Positions 20,708 to 27,580 of a DNA stretch of 27,580 nt are shown one piece after another. Within the stretch, counting starts at the first letter, position 1, and the number at the start of each line of letters is the position of its first letter. Where the stretch lies: contig NW_005202368.1 in assembly GCF_000372725.1 (NCBI RefSeq), positions 480,293-507,872 on the forward strand, written 5' to 3'. Under the pieces are notes generated by a model. It was not told where the DNA came from. It made no database searches and saw nothing but the letters and a program-made list of their open reading frames with translations. A program made the translations under genes and the position numbers. Origin of the DNA: Emiliania huxleyi CCMP1516. Taxonomy: Eukaryota.

Positions 20708-22675
20708 ACGTCACTGCATCCTCTGCCGGTTCCTCCCGTCGCCTCTTCTTTGTTCGAATGTTTTTCAATCCATCCTTCACGAAGCCCTCCCATGTAGCTA
20801 GCGTTGTAAAATTCTTTGCGAATGTCTCGAAATGGCCAGCAGGCGCTGTCTGCTCGCGGCCTGTGCGGGCCGCCCGTCCTCCTCGCCCTTCTTTCGTCCT
20901 CCCGTCCCTCCCCTCCACCATGGCCTCCTCGGCACTTCTTTCTCCATCCTCCTCGCCCTGCCTTTTCGTATCGTGCCGCAGATCGAGTCGAGGAGCTTGA
21001 TGTCCACGGTAGCAGTTGTGGAGAGCCGTGGCGCGGTGCGTGTAGAGGGGTCGATCAAGAGCTCCTTTTCGAAACGCGACGGGTACGGCTTGACAACTGC
21101 CAGTACAGTTTTACGCCGGCCAGCGTGAGAGCACAACAGGGAGCCGGCGACCCGTACGCTTTGCACGTGGCGACCGGTGGCTGTCTGGAGCTCGTGCGAG
21201 CTGGTCCGACGCGTGGCCGAGCCGAGAGGACCAGCGAGCGACCACATTTGCGATGAAGCTTGGCGGCCGGCGCCTCGTCGCCAGACGTCACAGCGGCGTG
21301 GACGCAGGAGTGTGCGGCGACGAGTACCGGCAAATCCGGCCCGGTGTGGCCGACTACACGGTAAGGCATACGGACCTTGCAGAAAACCTTTTCCTTCTAA
21401 GCAGGGCTACACAATGACCCTATAGTGTGTGGGTGTTCCTGGCGAGTTGTGATGAGTAGAATTAGACTAGCCAATACTATTTTGAAGTTCATATATGAAA
21501 ATACCAACTTGCCTATGTGCACGTCTCCGCCGCGGCGGCCCGGAGGCGGCCCGGCGGAGCGGTCAGAGCAGCACTGCGCGGGCCGGCGATCGACTCTCGA
21601 CTATAGTACGGGCTCTATTGAATGGCCTCAAGGTGCTCTCTAGGGCTGCCCTATTCCGCTCGCCCGGCTACGTCGCCGGGCTTCGAAGGAAAAGGTTTCG
21701 CTCGGCACGGCGTCGGAGAGCAAACTTCGACGTTCGTCCTATAGTGGAAGCTGGACGCACGTAGGCAAGTGGCCCATGACCAGGCGGGCTGCTGCTCAGA
21801 ATCTGGGCCGTCGGCGCTCGCTCTCGCGCTCTTCATAACGGCGTTGCCCCCTCCCTCCCGCGCCGACGTTGGGCAGCCCGACCACGACAACGTCAGCGCC
21901 GCTGGCCTGCAACTCGAGGCGCCTTTGAATGAGCACGAGCCGGTGCGCGGCGGCGGCGCGGGTGATGCAGCCCAAGGTGACGGCGACGGCAGAGGGGGCG
22001 GCGCCGGCGGCGGAGGAGGCGGCAGCGGCGGCGATGGCCGCGGGGTCGGCCCGCCCGCCTTTGCTGCTGGTGCTGTGGGCATCATCACAGCTCAGCGGCG
22101 GTGTGCGACCAGGGCCAGTGGTAGACTTTCGACGCGGTGAGGCTGCTCTCTGAGCAATGACACTAGCAAGAGCATCATGTGTGTCATCGGAGTCACTTGT
22201 ATTACGATACCACCACGCCGCCACGCTCGCAAGGGCCGCCTAAGCGCCTAAGCACCCTAAGCACCCCCCCGCTTAGGCCGCTTAGGCGCTTAGGCGAGTG
22301 ACGGCCGGCTGCCCGGGGCCTGGCGTGCCTCCGCCGTGGGCTGAGCGCCCGGGAGAGCCACTCTGCAAGTGGTGTGCGAGCGTGTAGCCTTTAGCGTGCA
22401 GTCGGCCTGTGGCCGGCAGCTGCCTAGCGCTGGCCTGTGGCCTGTGCCGCGCGGTGGGGCGGAGAAGGCGTGTCTCGCCGCCATGCGGCGGTCGGCAGGT
22501 GCGAGCGTGATTTGTCGGATAAGACATAGAGCCGTAAGTACACTGGGTGTGCAGGTCGCAGAGAGCCGCGCGGGCATGAGTGGTTGTTCTATGTTGTGGG
22601 CGCTGTGGGCGAAAAAAATACACGTTTGCTGCGAGTGTTCTTTCTCCCGCCGGCGCCGCCCGTGCGTCCGTGGTT

Positions 22676-25247
22676 TCAGTTCTCCCTCAGCTCCGGCGGG
22701 GCGAGTCGCAGGCTGGCGCGGCTGCCGGTCCACGCCACCGTCGGAACCCAAACCTCCCCCTCGGCGATCCGCGTGCCTGTTCACAGCGAATGGTGTGAAG
22801 AGTCGCCGTACTGGCGGCTGGTGAGGACTGGTGTGGTTTGCCACATCTGGGCTACACCTCGGCTGTACCCCTCGGCCAAACTTTGACTCGGCCATCTCCC
22901 TGCCATCTCCCTGCCACCTCCCCGCCATCTCCCGGCCATCTCCACCCCCCCCTCCCCCCCGCTTGGCTACAGCCCTCGGCTCTGTGTCGGGCAACGTCGC
23001 GGCTACACTCGTGCCTCTAGGAAAGGTCTAGGAAAGGTCTAGGAAAGGTCTAGGAAAGGTCGCGGCTACACTCCAACCCCACACGTGGGTCTGGCCGGCG
23101 TGGTCAGTCGCAGACAGCCGCCCGTCGCGCAGCGAGAACTCGACCTGTGTTCACAGACAGAGGGTGTGAAGAGACGCGCGCGCCCGCGCGCCGCGCAGAG
23201 AGAAGGGCGGCCGCGTCGCCAGCGTGTAGGAAAAGATCTAGCAGCGGTCTGGGAAAGGTCTAGGGAAGGTCTAGAGAAGGTGGCCAAATCGACAGCGTGT
23301 CCCGTCTAGGAAAGGTCTGGGAAAGGTCTGGAAAAAGGTCTAGAGAAGGGCGGCCCAGTCGCCAGCGAGGCGCAGCTTGGCAAGCCTATTCATGGGCGGA
23401 GCTGTGAAGAGGCGCCGTGCACCGTGCACCGCCCGACGTCTCATCTCGGGTGATCTGGGGTGATCTGGAGTGATCTCGGGTGATCTCGGGTGATCTCGGG
23501 TGATCTCGTGCAATCTCGCGCCTCCCCGGCGTTCGGCCATCCGGTCCTGTGTCGATCTGCGGCCCGCTTGAGTGAGCCTGTTCACAGCTGGCGGTGTGAA
23601 GAGACGCCGCTCACAGCGAGCGCCGCACCGCAGCACCGCTCGAGCGCGGCCGTCGGCGTGGCGAAGCAGCAGCGGCGGGAGCGGCCTCCTACGGGGAAGG
23701 TTCCGGGAAAGCTCACGGGAGACTCCCGGAGAGGCCGGCTGGCAGTCGGCCGCCGTAGAAGATGGAGCGAGGGCCGGCGGTCCCTCCTGACGGGAAGAGT
23801 GGTGAGAAGAAGCGTCAGAATCAGAGGGGGGGGGGGGGGGGGGAAAAAATAAAAAAGAAAGGGGGTCCCTAGCGCCCCCTTAACCCGGGGGCCCCTCTTG
23901 GAAAGGTCTAGGAAAGGTCTTGGAAAAGTCTTCCTCAAGGGTCTTAAAGGCCCCTGGAGAGTTTGGGGCCCTTTCCGGGCGAAACTGTTTTTGGCCTTTT
24001 TTTTCCTTTCCCTTTTCTCCCTCCCCTTTTTTCACTAAAAAAAAAAAACAAAAGGGGCACGGGCACACACACACACACACACACACACTCCCATTCCCAA
24101 GAAACAAACACTCCCACTCCCTCACACATTCGCGCGGCCACACATCCGGGGAAACACACACACACACACCCCATCCACATTNNNNNNNNNNNNNNNNNNN
24201 NNNNNNNNNNNNNNNNNNNNNNNNNNNNNNNNNNNNNNNNNNNNNNNNNNNNNNNNNNNNNNNNNNNNNNNNNNNNNNNNNNNNNNNNNNNNNNNNNNNN
24301 NNNNNNNNNNNNNNNNNNNNNNNNNNNNNNNNNNNNNNNNNNNNNNNNNNNNNNNNNNNNNNNNNNNNNNNNNNNNNNNNNNNNNNNNNNNNNNNNNNNN
24401 NNNNNNNNNNNNNNNNNNNNNNNNNNNNNNNNNNNNNNNNNNNNNNNNNNNNNNNNNNNNNNNNNNNNNNNNNNNNNNNNNNNNNNNNNNNNNNNNNNNN
24501 NNNNNNNNNNNNNNNNNNNNNNNNNNNNNNNNNNNNNNNNNNNNNNNNNNNNACCGTCTGGCGACGAGGCGCCGGCCGGCAAGCCTTATGGCAAATGGGG
24601 TCGCTCCCTCGTCCTATAGGCTCGGCCCCGCGTCGGACCAGCTGGCCCGCGGTGGCGGCAGCCGCCAGTGCCGGCATGAGCGGCGGTAGCAGCGGGCACG
24701 GCGGCAGCGCCGGCGGCGCCGGCAGCAGCGGCAGCGGCAGCGTCACCGCCCACCTCAACTGCAGCGGCGGCGACGGCAGAAGCGTCTCCGCCAGTCAGCA
24801 GAGAGATGCCCATGAGAAGATCCCCTGGCGCAGCCTAGTTCGCGGCCAGAGCCTGCCTCGGGACATGGTGCGTGGGCGGGAATGCTTCGCGCGCGAGCCG
24901 CAGAGCGCGACCTCCTCGATGATCAGCCGGAAGCCGACGTCCTCTCCGACCGAGAAGTGGAGCGAGGATGCGAGAGCGGCGCCGCCCGGGTGCCAAGAGC
25001 CGTCGGCGGCGCACACCGCAAAATCGACAGGATGGCGCGAGGCGCCGGCGCCGGTCTCAGTCCACCCATGCCGCCACGAGGCTCGGCGGCGCACTGCGGC
25101 CGGTGCCTGAATGAGCGCGCGGCGCCAACTATTGCTCGTTGCTGCGGCCGCTCGTAGCGAGTACGCCGGCAGAAGAGGGTAGATGCTGCCGCTGAGCAAG
25201 TCCTCGGGCAGATCGGCGAGCTCTTGGTCAGCGTCGGCCGAGGACAT
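22676..25247 (-). CDS. F-box protein with a SPRY-like C-terminal region, multi-exon, interrupted by a gap
   Basis: Exon 25247-24912: MSSADADQELADLPEDLLSGSIYPLLPAYSLRAAAATSNSWRR (F-box) ...FRLIIEE. Exon from 24834: AAPGDLLMGISLL. After the gap: PRSIFYG|GRSRRCCFATPT, then 23577-23522 and 23385-23355 (LRLAGDW), 23144-23078 (VEFSLRDGRLSATD..W), and 22776-22676 (TRIAEGEVWVPTVAWTGSRASLRL..*). Phases are consistent. The SPRY label is inference. Confidence 0.65.
24182..24552. other. Assembly gap; the flank 23820-24181 looks like a low-quality read end
   Basis: Run of N next to homopolymer-rich sequence. Confidence 0.95.
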
Positions 25248-26806
25248 ATGTGTGTATATGCACATAAATCGGGACTGGCGCGAGCCGCCTAAGCGACTCC
25301 GCGAGGACGGCGAGGCGCCGGGCCGGCGCGGATCACAGTAGCCCGAAGAAGGGCATTTTTTTTGGGCAGGGTACCCATTCGGCGTTGGTAGCGAACCGAC
25401 GCTGCTTGACCCAGCGTCGGTTCGCTCTCGTCACGGTCGGGCGTGCGAGGCTCCTGTGCCTCCGGTGAAGCCGATGCTCAGCCCTCTCCCACCGTCGCGG
25501 TTCGCCCGTCACCTCGCCTCTCCGCAGGGTTCATCTCTCGCGCCGGCTGCATCTCTCCGCCGGTCGCCAGCACCCGCGCCACCGACTAGCTGCACCGCCA
25601 CTCGCGACGCGCCACCCTCGCTCACAGCCTGCATACGCTACTCCCGCCGTGCCTTTGCTACCACATGGATCGCATGTCACTGCAAACGCGCCCGCAGCCG
25701 CGCCGTAAAGGTCTGCCGTGCTGGCTGACGATCTCACTCTCCCGCTCCTATTGCATCTGCCTCCCGCCTCCCAGCTCACATTTCACACCGCAGTAGGTGC
25801 TCCGGTCGACGCTGCCGCCGTTGCCACCTATCTGTCACCGCTCGTTTGATCATCGATGCCACGCTTAGCGGCAGCGAGATCCGCATTTTGAGCCGAGGTT
25901 CATTCAACTTGCCTGGTGCGCTCTTGCGCGTGCCTTCAAGATCCACAAGTCAATTTGTACCAGAAATCCAAAGGTGGTGCAAAATGGATATCTCAAGATT
26001 GGCCTTTAGTTCGCGCACATGCTCTCCGCCGCCGCCGCTTACCTGCTGGCACGCCACCGCCCCGCGTCGCTAACTCAAGCCTCCCTGCTGCATCTTCGCA
26101 CCCCTGCCACATGACTCGATCGCCGTCGCTGCTACCGCCCTCTCCGCCGCCCTCGAAGGCGCCACCAGCATTACGGCCGCCTTCATATCTCATTGATGCT
26201 GCCACCAACGCCACCTCCTCGATTCTGTGCCGCTGCCGCGGCGAGGCGCCGTCGCCACGATCGCCGCCAGCGCTGCTGACAGCCTCGGAGCGTCGCCGTG
26301 GCCGCGTTCTGGTCTGCCCACGCTTCCCCTAAAACGTCTAGGACGAGCTCAGAGGCTAAGGGCGCGTCCTGTGGGACCATCTAGCTCTACTGGGTCCGCG
26401 ACGGCGGTCGGCGCACCCCCGTCTCGAACGTGTGTGCTCTCTGTCTGTCTGTCAGCTGTTTCGGCTAAGTCGTTTTGTACCGGATTTCAATGTTAGTGGC
26501 AAAACCGCGGAACCAAAAATGGCGTTTAATTTCGGGCCCCTGCTGTCCGCCGCCTGCGGCGGCGCTCCGCGCCGCTTGGGGCGCCTGCGGCGCCCCTGGG
26601 CGCGCTGCGCGCGCCTGTTTTTTGGGGGGGCTACCAGCACCGAAAAAGTGCCTTTTTTTTGAGCTTAGCCTTCGGTGTATGAAACAACGCAAGGCGGACA
26701 TGGCATATCGCTCTCGGGCCCACAGACATCCCGCACACTCGCCGCACACCCGCCGCCCCCGCGCGCGCCCCACCCCGGCCGGGAGAAAGGGGAGTGACAG
26801 TTTGGG

Positions 26807-26918
26807 ATGAGCAAGCCCGAGTATGTTGAGTCCTGGCTCAACAACGCAGATAACAAGAGGGGGTGGTCCGGCTCCCAAGTCCGGCTCACGCGCCTCGAGC
26901 TTACCATCTACCGCACTG
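26807..26918 (+). CDS. Probable first exon of a 3'-truncated hypothetical gene
   Basis: ATG then MSKPEYVESWLNNADNKRGWSGSQVRLTRLELTIYRT, a GT donor at 26919, then intron-type (GCGATCTCGG)n repeats. Confidence 0.4.
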
Positions 26919-27580
26919 GTCACTTCCGCCCCCTCGCTCCCAACCCACCCACCTCGCCCCGGTCCGCGCCGCGCGATCTCGGGCGATCTCGCGCTATCTC
27001 GGGCGATCTCGGGGCCGCGCCGCGCTATCTCGGGCGATCTCGGAGCGTCGCTCGCGCGGCGTCACACCTGCTCAAAAAGGAAGGAGGTTGGAGGCAGGAG
27101 GTCACGCCCCATCCAGAGCGCCGTCGTCGCCGGGTTTTTGGCCCCCGGGTCGTCGCCCGACGGTTGCTGCGCGGGGCAGCAGACCATCGGACGGCGCGAC
27201 GACGCCCCGTCCGGCACGCTCCCCCCTCCACCCGGCTATTGCCGCACGAGCGCCCTCAGCCGCGGAATTTTTCCCTCGCGCTTCCTTGGGCCCCCGGCAA
27301 CGCCGACGGACTTCCCGTCCCCCCACCTGCGCCGCAATCACCGCCGTGATTGTCGGCGCTGCGCCCCTTGGCGCCTGTGCTTGTCCCGCGTGCCCCGCCC
27401 GCCAAGGCTGGGGCCAAGGCCCAAATCAACTGCCCAAGGCTGGTACCCGGGGCCCAAATCAACTGCCTGGCCTGGTGCCCAAGGCTCAAAAGGTTCTCCT
27501 CTTTTTTTTTTTCCTCCCTTTTCTCCCTTCCCTTCCCTTAATTACCGTCTGAAAACCACGGATGATTTTTCTTTTCTTTC

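Noticed and set aside
20706..22224. Short ORFs on both strands
   Set aside because: Low complexity, no motifs, and no coherent start or splice structure.
27050..27580. ORF continuation and duplicated GGCCCAAATCAACTGCC
   Set aside because: Homopolymer-rich sequence that looks like a low-quality read end; not reliable.

Overview
GC-rich, intron-rich eukaryotic draft genomic DNA with two N gaps (4429-4608, 24182-24552). The 10-11-nt ATCTCCCC/GGAGAT-type intronic repeats and frequent GC-AG introns point to a haptophyte like Emiliania (Gephyrocapsa) huxleyi (inference). Genes reconstructed by hand: a probably secreted alpha/beta-hydrolase whose signal peptide is 1 nt out of frame; a CHK2-like TQ-FHA-kinase with about 15 exons; a relic of a GGAV-repeat beta-helix gene; a sulfotransferase; a SANT/Myb + F-box gene; an F-box + SPRY-like gene; and a 5'-partial gene at the right end. 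Mobile DNA: a miniature copia-like LTR element with identical 210-bp LTRs inside a (GT)n tract, and two copies of a short element with a (CTTAC)n tail. The most striking signal is intron architecture. Most introns begin with a near-copy of the next exon's start or contain copies of the exon junction, one intron carries 21 copies of the exon end plus donor, several introns share a ~40-nt acceptor cassette, and two appear to use GA donors. All exon calls were made by eye, without transcript data.
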